Of a stretch of 64,000 nt of DNA, positions 31,766 through 43,529 are shown one piece after another. The position numbers were made by a program, and so were the translations under genes. The number at the start of each line of letters is the position of its first letter. Positions within the stretch are counted from its first letter, which is position 1. The notes beneath the pieces were generated by a model that was given only the letters and a program-made list of their open reading frames with translations, was not told where the DNA came from and made no database searches. The stretch comes from an uncultured Gemmatimonadales bacterium. GTDB taxonomy: Bacteria; Gemmatimonadota; Gemmatimonadetes; Longimicrobiales; Gaopeijiaceae. Where the stretch lies: assembly GCA_963809895.1 (NCBI GenBank), contig CAWELD010000003.1:640001-704000 (forward strand), given 5' to 3'.

Positions 31766-32610
31766 CCACGCCGACCACCGGGAGCCCCTTCCTGCCCAGG
31801 GAGGGGTTTCTCGTAGTGGACCTGGAGCGCTTCCAGGGTCCCCTCGACCTCCTGCTGCATCTGATTCGCACCCAGGACATCGACGTCTTCGACATCCCCA
31901 TCGCCCGCATCACGGATCAGTTCCTGAAGGCGGTGAAGGGAATCCACGCCGAAGATCTGGACAACGCCGGGGAGTTCCTGGAGATGGCCGCGTCGCTGGT
32001 ACGCATCAAGGCGCAGATGCTCCTTCCGCGGCACGGCGACGACGAGGACCAGGATCCCCGGGCCGAGCTGGTGCGCCGGTTGCTGGAATACGAGCAGATC
32101 CGGGAGATCGCGCAGCGCCTGGAGACCTCGGAGAGCGAGCGGGCCCGCCACTTTCCCAAGGGGTTCGTGCAGCCCCGGCCGCGCCCGGAGCCTTCGGACA
32201 CCCCGCTGGAGTCCACCTGGGACGAGGTCTTCGAGGCCGCTCTGGCCGTGGAGCTGCCCGAACGGGGAGAGCGCGGGCACCGGGTGCAGCTCCGCCCCGT
32301 GGCCATGGAGACCAAGGTGGCGCTCATTCTGGAAACACTCCGGGAGGCGGCGCGCGTGGAGTTCAGTCAGCTCCTGAGGGGCCTGGAGGGGCTGCAGGCC
32401 CGGATGCACGGAGTGATGACCCTTCTGGCATCACTGGAGATGAGCCGGCGCAGGACATTGTTTCTCAGGCAAGTACGGCCTTTCAGCGAGTTGTGGCTCT
32501 ACCGCCGGGACGAGGACGAGCTCGATCTCGACGGCGAGTCTGCGACGCCGTGGCTGGGGAAAGCCGCCGCCCAGGACGAACCCTCCGACGAGATGCAGGA
32601 GAATCCGTGA
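31756..32610 (+). CDS. scpA: Segregation/condensation protein A
   Basis: FQGPLDLLLHLI, EFLEMAASLVRIKAQMLLP, DPRAELVRRLLEY. Confidence 0.92.
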   Translation: MDLTTPTTGSPFLPREGFLVVDLERFQGPLDLLLHLIRTQDIDVFDIPIARITDQFLKAVKGIHAEDLDNAGEFLEMAASLVRIKAQMLLPRHGDDEDQDPRAELVRRLLEYEQIREIAQRLETSESERARHFPKGFVQPRPRPEPSDTPLESTWDEVFEAALAVELPERGERGHRVQLRPVAMETKVALILETLREAARVEFSQLLRGLEGLQARMHGVMTLLASLEMSRRRTLFLRQVRPFSELWLYRRDEDELDLDGESATPWLGKAAAQDEPSDEMQENP

Positions 32611-33332
32611 AGGCCAGCCAGATCGTGGAGGCCGTGCTGTTCGCCAGTGACGCACCGCTCAAGGCGGAGGAGATCGCCCGGGCCGACGAGTCGCTGGACG
32701 AGGACCGAGTCGAGGAGGCGCTGAGGGACCTGCGCTCCTGGTACGACGAGTCCGAGCGCGCCTTCCAGATCGTCGAGGTGGCCGAGGGCTACCAGATCGT
32801 GACGCGTTCCGAGTTCGCGCCCTACCTGGAGCGCTTCGACACCGTGCCCAGGCCGTCGCGCCTCTCCGGCCCGGCGCTGGAGACGCTGGCCATCATCGCC
32901 TATCGTCAGCCCATCGGCCGCATCGAGATCGAGTACATCCGGGGCGTGAGCTCGGCCGGCGTCATCCGCAGTCTCCAGGACCGCGCCCTGGCGGAGGTCG
33001 TGGGCCGGGGCGAGGGCTTGGGACGGCCGCTTCTCTACGGCACCACCTCGCGCTTCCTGGAGCACTTCGGCTTCAACTCGCTGGACGACCTTCCGCGCCC
33101 GGAGGAGCTCCCGGTGGTGCTGCGCGACCGCATCCCGCTGGGGGACGACGACGACGATGACGAGGAGCGCGAGGCCGAGCCGGCGCCGGAGCTGGCGCTG
33201 GACGGCGAGCCGGTCGAGGGCGACGAGCCAGGCGAGGAGGCCAGGACGAGCGGGGTCGACGGCGTGGCCGACGAGAGCGCGGAGGCGCCGGTCGACGAAG
33301 AAGAGCCCGTGGCCGACGCCGGCGGGAGCTGA
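32607..33332 (+). CDS. scpB: SMC-Scp complex subunit ScpB
   Basis: VEAVLFAS, LETLAIIAYRQP, IRGV, GRPLLYGTT; acidic tail. Confidence 0.93.
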   Translation: MKASQIVEAVLFASDAPLKAEEIARADESLDEDRVEEALRDLRSWYDESERAFQIVEVAEGYQIVTRSEFAPYLERFDTVPRPSRLSGPALETLAIIAYRQPIGRIEIEYIRGVSSAGVIRSLQDRALAEVVGRGEGLGRPLLYGTTSRFLEHFGFNSLDDLPRPEELPVVLRDRIPLGDDDDDDEEREAEPAPELALDGEPVEGDEPGEEARTSGVDGVADESAEAPVDEEEPVADAGGS

Positions 33333-33343
33333 GACCAAGGACG

Positions 33344-34070
33344 ATGGACGGGGAGGTCCGGATCCAGAAGCTGCTGTCCCGGGCAGGGCGTGGCCTCGCG
33401 TCGCGAGGCGGAGGCGCTCATGCTGCAGGGGCGGGTCCGCGTCAACGGCCGGGTGGTGACCACGCTGGGCACCCGGATCGACCCGGAGCAGGACCGCGTG
33501 GAGGTGGACGGACGGGTGGTCGAGGAGGCGCCGGTGCGCTGGGTGGCCTACCATAAGGTGCCGGGCCTGCTGACCACGCGCGACGATCCTCAGGGCCGGG
33601 CCACCGTCTACGAGGAGCTGCCCGGCGACCTGGCCGGTCTGGGCTACGTCGGACGGCTCGACCAGGATACGGAGGGGCTCCTGCTCCTCTCCAACGACGG
33701 CGATGTGGTGCACCGCTTGCTGCACCCCTCGTCCGAGGTGGAGCGGGAGTACGAAGCGGAGGTCGAGGGAGAGCCCGCGGCGCAGGCGCTGGAGCGTCTG
33801 CGCGCGGGGGTGGAGTTGGAGGATGGCCCCGCGCGGGTGCGTCGCGTCGAGCTGCGAGGCAGGCGTCACGGGCACGCGGTGGTGGGGCTGGTGCTCACCG
33901 AGGGGCGGAAGCGGGAAGTCCGCAGGCTGCTTGCGGCCGTCGGGCATCCGGTGGTCCGCCTGACGCGGATCCGGTTCGGACCGGTGACGCTCGGGGGCCT
34001 GAAACCGGGGCGCTGGCGCGAGCTGGACCCCGCGGAGATTCGAGCGCTGAGAACGCGGGTGGCCCCATGA
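33344..34070 (+). CDS. rluB: RluB/RsuA-family pseudouridine synthase (apparent frameshift near 33385)
   Basis: RIQKLLSRAG/ASRREAE S4 domain; VGRLDQDTEGLLLLSNDG. Confidence 0.85.
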
Positions 34071-34089
34071 CCGCCCGATTGGAGTCGAC

Positions 34090-35748
34090 ATGGATCTGAA
34101 GGATCGGACCGTCCTCATCCTGGGGGGCGCCGGACTGGTGGGCGTCGCCGTGGCCCGCCGGGTGCTGGAGCACGATGCGCGGCGCGTGATCCTCGCGTCG
34201 CTGCGCCCGGACGAAGCGCGCGAGGCCGTGGAGGCGTTGGCCAGGGAGTACCCGGACCACGCCGAGCGCCTGGAGCCCTTCTGGGGGGACATCTTCCTCC
34301 CTGACGCGCTCAAGGACCGGGACCGGGCGGCGATTCTGGGCGACGCCGAATCGCGGGCCCTGCTGGTGGACGACGTCTTCGGCGAGCTGACCCTGGAGGT
34401 GCTGGAGCGCTCGGCGCTGGGCCGGCTCCTCCTGGATGCGCGTCCGGAAATCCTGGTGGACTGCGTCAACACGGCCGGCGCCCTGGCCTATCAGAACGCC
34501 TTCGCGTCGTCGGCGGAGCTCCGCAGTCGAGCCCAGGAAGGAACGGTCGACACCGAGGCCGTGGATCGCCACCTGGCGACCCTCTACCTTCCCCGCCTCA
34601 TCCGGCACGTTCAGATCGTCCTGGAAGGGATGAAGCGTGCCGAGACCGCGGTGTACGTGAAGGTGGGGACCGCCGGCACCGGCGGCATGGGGCTCAACAT
34701 TCCCTTCACGCACTCCGAGGAGCGTCCCAGCCGCATGCTGTTGGCCAAGTCCTCGCTGGCCGGCGCCCACACGCTCCTGCTCTACCTCATGGCCCGCACG
34801 CCGGGCGCCCCGGCAGTGAAGGAGATCAAGCCCACGGCCGCGATCTCCTGGAAGTCGCTGGGCGTGGGGCCGGTCATGAAGGGCGGACGCCCCATGACGC
34901 GCTCCGATGCCCGGGGCCCGGTGTCCATCGCCGACGCCTTCGGTGCCGGGGCGAAGGATGCCTGGGTGCCCGTCGAGGGGCCCCTGGAGGGCGTCTTCCT
35001 CGACTCGGGCGAGAACGGTCTGTTCAGCCCCGCCGAATTCGAGACGCTCACGGCCCTGGGACTCATGGAGTTCGTGACGCCGGAGGAGATCGCCGAGAAC
35101 GTGCTGCGTGAGATCCTGGCGTACCCCACCGGCAAGGACGTGGTCGCGGCGCTCGACGGTGCTACTATGGGCCCCACCTACCGGGCTGGTGTGCTGAGAA
35201 GCCAGGTCCTGGATCGCATGGACGCCCTGGAGCGGGAGCGCGGCGCCCGCTCGGTGGCCTACGAGATGCTGGGTCCGCCTCGTCTCTCGAAGCTGCTCTT
35301 CGAGGGCGAGCTGCTCAGCCAGCTCTACGAAACCCTGGAGCGCGCCGCCGATCTCGATCCCGACGAGGCCGCCCGTCGGGCCCGCGAGCTGGTGGAGTCC
35401 GACGACGATCTGCGCCAGCGGATCTGTCCATCGGGCTGCCCATCCTGCTTCCCGACGGAGAGACCGTGCTGCGGGGTGCCGAGGTCAAGGTGCCCCCCGA
35501 GGCGGGGCTGCCCGTAGGACCACCCGCGCGTCGCCGACGCCGGCTGGGTCGACCTGCGCCCGTCGAACTGGGCGCGGTGGCGGGAGCGTCTCGCCGGCCT
35601 CCGGGACGACATCGCCCGCCGGCCGGGCCTCGAGGAGGGATCCCGGGCGGACGACGACTATGGCGACGGCGAGGGCCGCCTGCGGCCCGGGCGCCTGGCC
35701 GCCTGGATCTTCCGATACGAGGACAAGGGCGAGCGGATCAAGCGATGA
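34090..35748 (+). CDS. Short-chain dehydrogenase-like Rossmann protein (apparent frameshifts near 35425-35520)
   Basis: VLILGGAGLVG; the C-terminus continues in shifted frames to ..[15 protein letters not shown]. Confidence 0.65.
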
Positions 35749-36409
35749 GCGCGGAGACCGAGGTGACCCGCGGGGGGGTTCCCGAATCTGCGGGTGGTGG
35801 ATCATCCCCTCATCCGCCACAAGCTGTCGTATCTGCGCGCGCGCACGACGCCCACCAAGGAGTTCAAGGAGCTGGTAGACGAGATCGCCATGCTCATCAC
35901 CTTCGAGGCGACCCGCGACCTGGCCACGGAGCCGGTGGAGGTGACCACGCCCCTGGAGCGCACGACCTGCCACCGGATCCGCGGCAAGAAGCTGGTGCTG
36001 GTGCCGATCCTCAGGGCCGGCCTGGGGATGGTGGAAGGCGTGCTGCGCCTCATGCCGGGTGCCCGCGTCGGTCACGTGGGCCTCTACCGGAACGAAGAGA
36101 CGCTGGAGCCGGTGGAGTACTACTTCAAGATCCCCCCGAACCCGTCGAGCCGGGAGTTCCTGGTCCTGGATCCCATGCTCGCAACCGGAGGGATCCGCTT
36201 CGGCGGCGGTGAAGCTCCTCAAGGACCGTGGCGCCACCTCCATCCGCTTCCTCTGTCTGGTGGCGGCCCCCGAGGGCGTGCGGCGCATGCTCGAGGACCA
36301 TCCCGACGTCCCGGTGCTGGCGGCGTCGCTGGACCGGCAGCTCAACGAGAACGGCTACATCCTGCCGGGTCTGGGCGACGCGGGGGACCGCTTGTTCGGG
36401 ACGCGGTAG
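35745..36409 (+). CDS. upp: Uracil phosphoribosyltransferase (apparent frameshifts near 35775 and 36190)
   Basis: [44 protein letters not shown]. Confidence 0.93.
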
Positions 36410-36452
36410 TCGGGGGTAGCGGCGCGTCGGAGCGGCCGCGCCGCCCGGCCGC

Positions 36453-37121
36453 TCACCCACTGGGGTCGATCTCCCGGGTGAGGCGTGCCAGCGTCTCCTC
36501 GTGGCCGGCGACGATGGCGATGTGGGACTCCGTGAGCGGCGTGTCGGGGTCGGGCACCACGTTCCACGCCTCCTGGAGCACGTCGTAGAGGGCGACCACC
36601 TGGACGCCGTGACGGGTGGGCAGGCCGAGGTCGCGCAGCGTGCGGCCTACCCAGGCATCGGGAATCGCCATCTCCTGGATCGCGTGGTCCTTTCCCAGGT
36701 GGATGTAGTCCAGCACCGTCGTGGAGGCGATGCGCCGGGCGAGGCGCTCCGCCGCCTCACGCTCCGGAAAGATCATCTCGTCGACCTCGAAGCGCTCCAG
36801 CGCGCGGGCGGCCCGGGTGCTCGCCACCTTGGCGTGGATGCGGTTCACGCCCACCTCCTTGAGCGCCAGGATGGCCATGATGCTGGCCGCCAGGTCCTCG
36901 CCGGTGCTGATGACGGCGGCGTCGGCGTCGGCGGCTCCCACGCGGCGCAACACGTCGGGGTCGGTGGCGTCACCCACCACACCCCGCGTCACGCCGTCGG
37001 CGTAGCGATCCACCAGGGTCTCGTCGAGGTCCAGGGCGATGACCTCGAAGCCCTGGGTGTAGAGCGCCTGCGCCACCCAGGAGCCGAATCGCCCGAGTCC
37101 GATCACCACGAATCGCTTCAT
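36453..37121 (-). CDS. ktrA: KtrA/TrkA-family K+ uptake RCK protein
   Basis: [21 protein letters not shown]. Confidence 0.88.
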   Translation of the reverse strand: MKRFVVIGLGRFGSWVAQALYTQGFEVIALDLDETLVDRYADGVTRGVVGDATDPDVLRRVGAADADAAVISTGEDLAASIMAILALKEVGVNRIHAKVASTRAARALERFEVDEMIFPEREAAERLARRIASTTVLDYIHLGKDHAIQEMAIPDAWVGRTLRDLGLPTRHGVQVVALYDVLQEAWNVVPDPDTPLTESHIAIVAGHEETLARLTREIDPSG

Positions 37122-37140
37122 CGTCGTCTCCAGAAATGCA

Positions 37141-38552
37141 TCAACCCAGAATCACGTCTTCGTGCCCGTAGCGAAGCTCGGCGCCGCCGTGCCGGGCCGA
37201 CACCATGGCCGCCACGATGGCCGCCGGGCCGACCCTTCCCAGGAACATGAGCAGGGTGATCACCAGGCGGCCCGGCACGCTGAGCACGGTCGTGGCGCCC
37301 ATGGAGAGCCCGACGGTGCCGAATGCGCTGTGCGTCTCGAACAGGATGCGCACCAGGCCGTCGCGATTGGAGGGTCCGTGGGCCAGTGCCTCGGTGGCCA
37401 TGAGCACGAACACCCCGATCCCCAGGATCGCGGCCCCGCCCACCACCAGGCCGACGCCCCGGTGCACCGATTCCCAGGGCACGGTGCGGTCGAAGATCGC
37501 CACGTGACGGCGGCCGCGCAGGCGGCTCCACAGGAGCAGCGTGAGCAAGGCCGCCGGCACCGTCTTGATTCCGCCGGCCGTGGAGCCGGGCGAGCCCCCG
37601 ATGGTCATGAGAATCAGGGTGAGCACCACCGCGGGGTTGGTGAGATGGTCGTAGTTCACCGTGTTGAATCCCGCCGTCCGGGGCGTCACGGACAGGAAGA
37701 CCGCGTTGAGCAGCTTCACGGGCCAGGACATGGGGCCCAGCGTGCGCGGATTGCGTGCCTCGAAGAGGAGGTACAGGAAGAATCCCGCCAGCAGGAGGAC
37801 GCCGGTGGTTACCAGCACCAGCTTGGAGTGCACCGTAAGTCGACGGGTGGCCTTGCGCACGTAGCAGGCCCGCAGGTCCTCCACCACCACGAACCCCAGC
37901 CCGCCCGCGATGATGAGCGCGCTCACGGTGCCCACGGTGAGCGGTGAGGTGTTGAGGCTCACCAGCGAATCGGAGAAGGTGGAGAAGCCGGCGTTGCAGA
38001 AGGCGGAGATACTGTGGAAGACGGCGTGCCACGCGGGCGGCGAGCGCCCCGAAGCGCGTGCGCCACTCCAGCCACAACGCCGCGGCGCCGATGGCCTCGA
38101 CGGTGATGGTGAGCATCAGGACGGTCCGGAGCAGCGAGCGGAAGGACACGTTGCGCAGGTAGGCGGCGTGCCCGCCGGCGGCCTCCTCCATCTCCAGGTG
38201 GCGGCCCCCCATGATGGCGATGATCAGCGTGCTGAAGGTGAGGATGCCCAGGCCACCGGCCTGGATCAGCGCCAGGATCCACGCCTGCCCCAGCGGCGTG
38301 AAGTAGGTGGCGGTGTCGACCACGATGAGGCCGGTGACGCACACGGCGCTGGTGGCGGTGAAGAGGGCGTCCACGAAGCCCAGGCCCTCACCCCGATAGA
38401 GCCCCGGGATCACCAGGAAGCCCGACGGTGCCCACGGCAATCAGGCCCAGGAAGGACAGAACGAAGAGCTGCGCCGCGCTCAGGGCCCGGCTGCCACGGG
38501 GCCGGCCGGTCTCGTGGGGCAGCGTCAGCCGCAGACGTTCTCCCAGGATCAC
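37141..38552 (-). CDS. ktrB: KtrB/TrkH-family K+ transporter (apparent frameshifts near 38420 and 38040)
   Basis: SAVCVTGL, SAFCNAGF, PRTAGF, GSTAGGIK, SAFGTVGLS. Confidence 0.85.
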
Positions 38553-38571
38553 GACGGAATCGACCCGCGCT

Positions 38572-40054
38572 TCAAGCCACGGCTCCCCGCGTACGCCGGC
38601 GAGCCCAGGTCTCGGGGAGGAAGAGGAGGAGGACCGTGTAGATCTCGAGGCGTCCTGCGAGCATGAGGAAGGTCAGGATGCCGTGAGCCGGCGCCGGCAT
38701 CCAGCCGTAGTGCTCGGTGGCGCCCACGTTGCCCAGGCCGGGGCCGATGTTGCCCACGGTGGCGGCGCTGGCGCCCAGTGCGGTGACCAAGTCCATGCCC
38801 AGGAAGGTGAGGGCGATGGCGCCGGCGAGAAAGAGGAGCAGGTAGAGCATCACGAAGCCGATGACGTTGGCCAACACGTCTTCGCCGACCACGTGACGCC
38901 CCACCCGCGCCAGGAACACGGCCCGGGGATGCAGGTGCTTGCGCAGCTCGAGCCAGCCCTGCTTGAGCACCAGGAGCACGCGTACCGCCTTGATGGAGCC
39001 TCCGGTGGAGCCGGCCATCCCTCCGACGAACATGAGCGCGAACAGGATCATCTGGGCGGCCGGCACCCACTGCTCGTAGTCGGCGCGTGATGAATCCCGT
39101 GGTGGTGACCACCGAGGTCGCCTGGAAGAGGCCGTCCCGGAGCGCCCGCTCCATGCCCGCTCCATTCAGCGCGTAGGTGCCCGCGGACAGGTTGATGGCC
39201 GTCAGCACCAGGCCTCCGCCGAGCACCACGGCGGTGAAGAAGCGCCATTCATGGTCCCGGAAGTAGTCCAGCTTTCCGGTGGCAGCCCGGAAGTGCAACG
39301 CGAAATTCACGCCGGCGAGGTACATGAAGACGATGGTCACGTACTGGAGATAGGCCGACGGATACGCGCCCAGCGAGGCCGTGCGCGTGCTGAATCCCCC
39401 CGTGGCCAGGGTGCCGAAGGTGTGGGTGACGGCGTCGAAGAGCGTCATGCCGCCGGCGAGATAGAGCGCCGTCTGGATCACCGTCAGCCCCACGTAGACC
39501 AACCACAGGAGCTTGGCCGTCTGCGTGATCCGCGGGCGTAGACGCTCCGGCGTGGGCCCCGGGACCTCGGCGCGGAAGAGCTGCATCCCGCCCACGCCCA
39601 GGAAGGGCAGCACCGCGATCACCAGCACGATGATCCCCATGCCCCCGAGCCAGTGGGTCAGGGAGCGCCAGAAGAGGATGCCGTGGGGCAGCCGCTCGAT
39701 GTTGTCGAACACGGTGGCGCCGGTGGTGGTGAACCCCGACATGGACTCGAAGAGCGCCGCCCAGAAGGAATGCAGCACGCCGGTCCACAGGTAGGGCAGG
39801 GCACCGGCCACGGCGGTGCCGAGCCAGGCGAAGGTCACGATGAGGTAGCCTTCGCGGGGGGTGATGTCTCCCTCCACACCGGTCAGGCGCCAGACGACCC
39901 CGCCCACGGCGGTCGTCACCAGCCCCGAGAGCAGGATGCCGGTGGCGTCGCCCTCGCCGTACCCCAGCGCCACGAGCCACGCCAGGCCCATGGCGATACC
40001 GACGAAGACCAGGAGGAGGCCCACGACGTTGAGGACGTGCCGGAAGGACATCAC
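38572..40054 (-). CDS. trkH: TrkH K+ uptake membrane protein (apparent frameshift near 39088)
   Basis: FESMSGFTTTGAT, WLGGMGIIV, GSTGGSIK, NIGPG, GRLEI. Confidence 0.9.
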
Positions 40055-40091
40055 ACGCCCGCACGCATGTCGAGATGCCGGAGCGCCGGAG

Positions 40092-41437
40092 TCATGCGAA
40101 CTGGCGCTCGATCTCGGAGATGGCTTCGGGCAAGCGCGAACACGATCACCTCGTCCCCGACGAGAATAGCGTCGTCGCCGCCGGGGATCAGGATCTCACC
40201 GTCGCGGAGGATGGTTCCCACCAGGGCGCCGGCCGGGAAGTCGAGATCCCGAAGGAGGCGGCCGGCCACCCGGGCGTCGGGCCCCACCGCGAACTCGATG
40301 GCCTCGGCCTCGATGCCCTTGAGCGCCGCGACCGTCATCACCCGGCCCCGGCGCACGTAGCGCAGGATCGCGTTGACCGTGGACATGCGGGGAGACACGG
40401 CGGCGTCGATGCCCACCTTGGGCACGATGGGCAGGTAGTCGAACTTGTGGACCATGCTCACCACCTTGCGGGCGCCCACGGTCTTGGCCAGCAGAGAGGC
40501 CAGCAGATTCGTCTCGTCGTGCCCGGTGCAGGCGACGAAACCGTCGATCCCGGCGACGCCCTCCATCTCCAGGAGCTCCAGGTCGGTGGCGTCGGCGTGG
40601 AGCACCAGCGAGCGTGGCAGGCGCTCGGCCAGCTCCAGGCAGCGCCGGCGGTCGTGGTCCAGGATGGTGCATTCGATCCCGTGCTTCTCCAGAAGCTCGG
40701 CCAGGTATTCGCCCTCGGCGCTGCCGCCGGCGATCATCACCCGGCGCAGCGTGAAGCGCTCGTAGCCCGCCAGGGGAGGGATGGCGGCCACCTCCTCGGT
40801 GGGCGCGAGAGTGTAGATCTGATCGCCGGCCTCGATGCGGTCATTACCCCGGGGGATGATGGTGCGGTCGTTGCGCACGATGGCGACGGTCACGTACCGG
40901 AACTCGCGCAGCTCCTGGCCGAGCTCGGCAAGCGTCTTCCCGGCCACCCGAGCGCCCTCCCGCACGCGGAGACCGAGGAGTTGCACCCTGCCGTCGGCGA
41001 ACTGCGCCACGTCGGTGGCCGCGGCGCTCTGCAGGAGCTGGTAGGTCTCGAACGCGCACTCCCGCTCGGGGTTGATGAGGAGGTCGATGCCCAGCGCCTC
41101 GCGCGACAGCACGCTCCCGGGCTGGTAGTACTCCGGGTTGCTGATCCGGGCGATGGTGTAGATTCACCCCCATGCGGCTGGCGGCCAGGCAGGAGATGAG
41201 GTTCACCTCGTCGGTGCTCGTCACGGCCAGGAGGAGGCGCGCGCCCCGGATGCCGGCCCGCTCGAGGACCGGAAGCGACGCCCCGTTGCCCACCACGGTC
41301 ATCACGTCGAGTTGCTGCCCGGCGAACTCGGCCCGCTCGGGATCGGCCTCGATGAGGATGACGTCCTGGTTCTCTTCGGACAGGCGCTGCGCCAGGTGGA
41401 ATCCAACCTCGCCGGCGCCGACGATGAGGACTTTCAT
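40092..41437 (-). CDS. trkA: Trk system K+ uptake protein TrkA, double RCK (apparent frameshifts near 41160 and 40130)
   Basis: IVGAGEVG, LINPE, IAGGS, VSPR; corrected C-terminus ..PEAISEIERQFA*. Confidence 0.9.
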
Positions 41438-41644
41438 GCGCGTCGTTGAGGGGGGGCGCGGGGGGCCGCCGGGCTCCCGGTGAAGGAGGGCGGCGACGGG
41501 AGTTCGGGAAAGCTAGACACGCCGCCCGTGGCGGGCAAAGGTCCGGGGAACTCCGGCGAGGTTCGGGGGCACCATAGATGAGACCCTTCCCTCCACTTGC
41601 CGTCGGGGCAGGTGTCCCGGCGGGCCGACGCGGAGAGTGTCCTC

Positions 41645-42754
41645 ATGATGACCCATCAGCGCCTCGTGGAACTGTACCGGGATCTCAAGGATCAACCGGT
41701 GCTCAGCGTCTACATGGACGTGGACCAGCACGATCCCGCCGAACGCGACGCGTGGCGCCGCCGCCTGGAGCGCGCGGTGGCGGAGGTGCGGCGGCAGGCG
41801 GAGACGGCGGGCAACGGGCATGGCGTGGACGCGTTCGACGCCGCGTGGGCCCGGCTGCGAGGGGAGCTGCAGAGCTTCGACGGCTTCCTCCCGGGCCGCG
41901 GATGGGTGGGATTCGCCACCCGTGACGACGTGCGCTACGCGGAGGCGCTGCCCGTGCCCATGCCGGACCTGGTGCGCTGGGAGCAGGGGATTCGCGCGGC
42001 GCCCTACGTGCGCGGGCTCAAGCAGCTTCGGCCGGTCGTGGTGGTGCTCGCCGATCGACAGCGCGCCCGTCTCCTGATCTATCGTGACGGCGAGATCCGG
42101 GAGCCCGAGGACCTGCGGGCCGACACCGCGCTCGGTGACCTGAGCGACGTGAACATGGGTAAGCGCGGTGCCAGGACCACGGGCATCCGGGGCGCCACCT
42201 CGACGGACCAGGCCCAGCGCCTGCTCGAAGTCAGCTCGGAGCGCATGTGGAAGGCGCTGGGGCAGCGCGTGTCGGAATACGCGGGCTTCAACGGTTATGT
42301 GGTGCTCGGGGGGACCCCGGAGACCGTGAGCAGGCTCGCAGGCTATCTGCCCGAGAGCTTCTCGGACCGGATTCTCGAGCGCCCCTCGCTCCATCTGGCG
42401 ATGACGCCGGCGCAGGTCCTGGAGGCTGCCGAACAGGCGGCCCGTGAGCTCACCGAGGCCCGGCTGGAGGTGTCGGTGGACGAGGTGGTGGACCGGGCCC
42501 GGAGCGGCGGCCGGGCGGTCCTGGGCCGGCAGGGGACCGAACGGGCGCTGCGTGAGATGCGGGTCGATCTCCTCCTGCTTTCGCGCGGGTTCATCGACGC
42601 CCACCCCGACTTCGCCGACCGCTGCGTCGGCACGGCGCTGGCGCAGGACGCCTCGGTGGAAGAGGTGCCCGGCGAGGGCGCCGCGCGCCTGGACGCCGAG
42701 GGAGAGGGGATCGGCGCCCGGTTGCGCTACCGGCTGGACGTCGACGGCGCCTGA
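41645..42754 (+). CDS. Bacterial archaeo-eukaryotic release factor (baeRF) family protein
   Basis: VLSVYMD, VVLADRQRARL, eRF1-domain-3-like C-terminus ending GIGARLRY. Confidence 0.75.
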   Translation: MMTHQRLVELYRDLKDQPVLSVYMDVDQHDPAERDAWRRRLERAVAEVRRQAETAGNGHGVDAFDAAWARLRGELQSFDGFLPGRGWVGFATRDDVRYAEALPVPMPDLVRWEQGIRAAPYVRGLKQLRPVVVVLADRQRARLLIYRDGEIREPEDLRADTALGDLSDVNMGKRGARTTGIRGATSTDQAQRLLEVSSERMWKALGQRVSEYAGFNGYVVLGGTPETVSRLAGYLPESFSDRILERPSLHLAMTPAQVLEAAEQAARELTEARLEVSVDEVVDRARSGGRAVLGRQGTERALREMRVDLLLLSRGFIDAHPDFADRCVGTALAQDASVEEVPGEGAARLDAEGEGIGARLRYRLDVDGA

Positions 42755-42788
42755 CCCGGGGACGAGGGAACCCGTTAGATTTCCCTCC

Positions 42789-43529
42789 ATGGAGCCACAT
42801 CTCGACTTCGAGATCCAGGCGCAGCCGGATGACGTGACGTGCGGTCCTACCTGTCTGCACGCCGTCTACCGCTATTACGGTGATGACGCCCGCATCTCGG
42901 ATCTGATCCGCGAGGTGACGGTCCTGGAAGACCGGGGCACCCTCGCCGTCTACCTGGCGTGCCACGCGCTGCGCCGGGGATACGACGCCACGCTCTGGAC
43001 GTACAATCTGGAGTTGTTCGATCCCTCCTGGTTCCCGGTGGGGCCCGAGGGCTTGGCCTCCAAGCTGCGGGCTCAGGCCGCGGTAAAGCACGAGGGGAGG
43101 CTTCAGGTGGCCACCGAAGCCTATCTGGAGTTCCTGGAGCTCGGAGGCCGGGTCGAATACCGTGAACTGACGCCCGACCTGATCCGCGGGCCCCTGAGGC
43201 GGGGGCAGCCGATCCTCACCGGGTTGAACGCCACCTACCTCTACGGGTGCGCCCGGGAGATCGATGAAGGCCGCATCGAGTACGACGACATTCGCGGGAC
43301 CTCCATGGGCCACTTCGTGGTGTTGCACGGCTACGATCCCGACACCCGCGAGGTCCTGGTGGCGGATCCGCTCCGGGACAACCCGCGCTACACGGGGCAG
43401 CGCTACCGTGTGACGGTGCACCGGCTGCTGGGCGCCATCCTGCTGGGCGTGCTGACCTACGACGGTAGCCTCCTGGTGCTGGAGCCCCCGGAGGTCGGGG
43501 GCGAGACCGCGGGACGGAGCTGGCCATGA
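42789..43529 (+). CDS. Peptidase C39-like protein
   Basis: QPDDVTCGPTCL, GHFVVLHGYD, VADP. Confidence 0.8.
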   Translation: MEPHLDFEIQAQPDDVTCGPTCLHAVYRYYGDDARISDLIREVTVLEDRGTLAVYLACHALRRGYDATLWTYNLELFDPSWFPVGPEGLASKLRAQAAVKHEGRLQVATEAYLEFLELGGRVEYRELTPDLIRGPLRRGQPILTGLNATYLYGCAREIDEGRIEYDDIRGTSMGHFVVLHGYDPDTREVLVADPLRDNPRYTGQRYRVTVHRLLGAILLGVLTYDGSLLVLEPPEVGGETAGRSWP

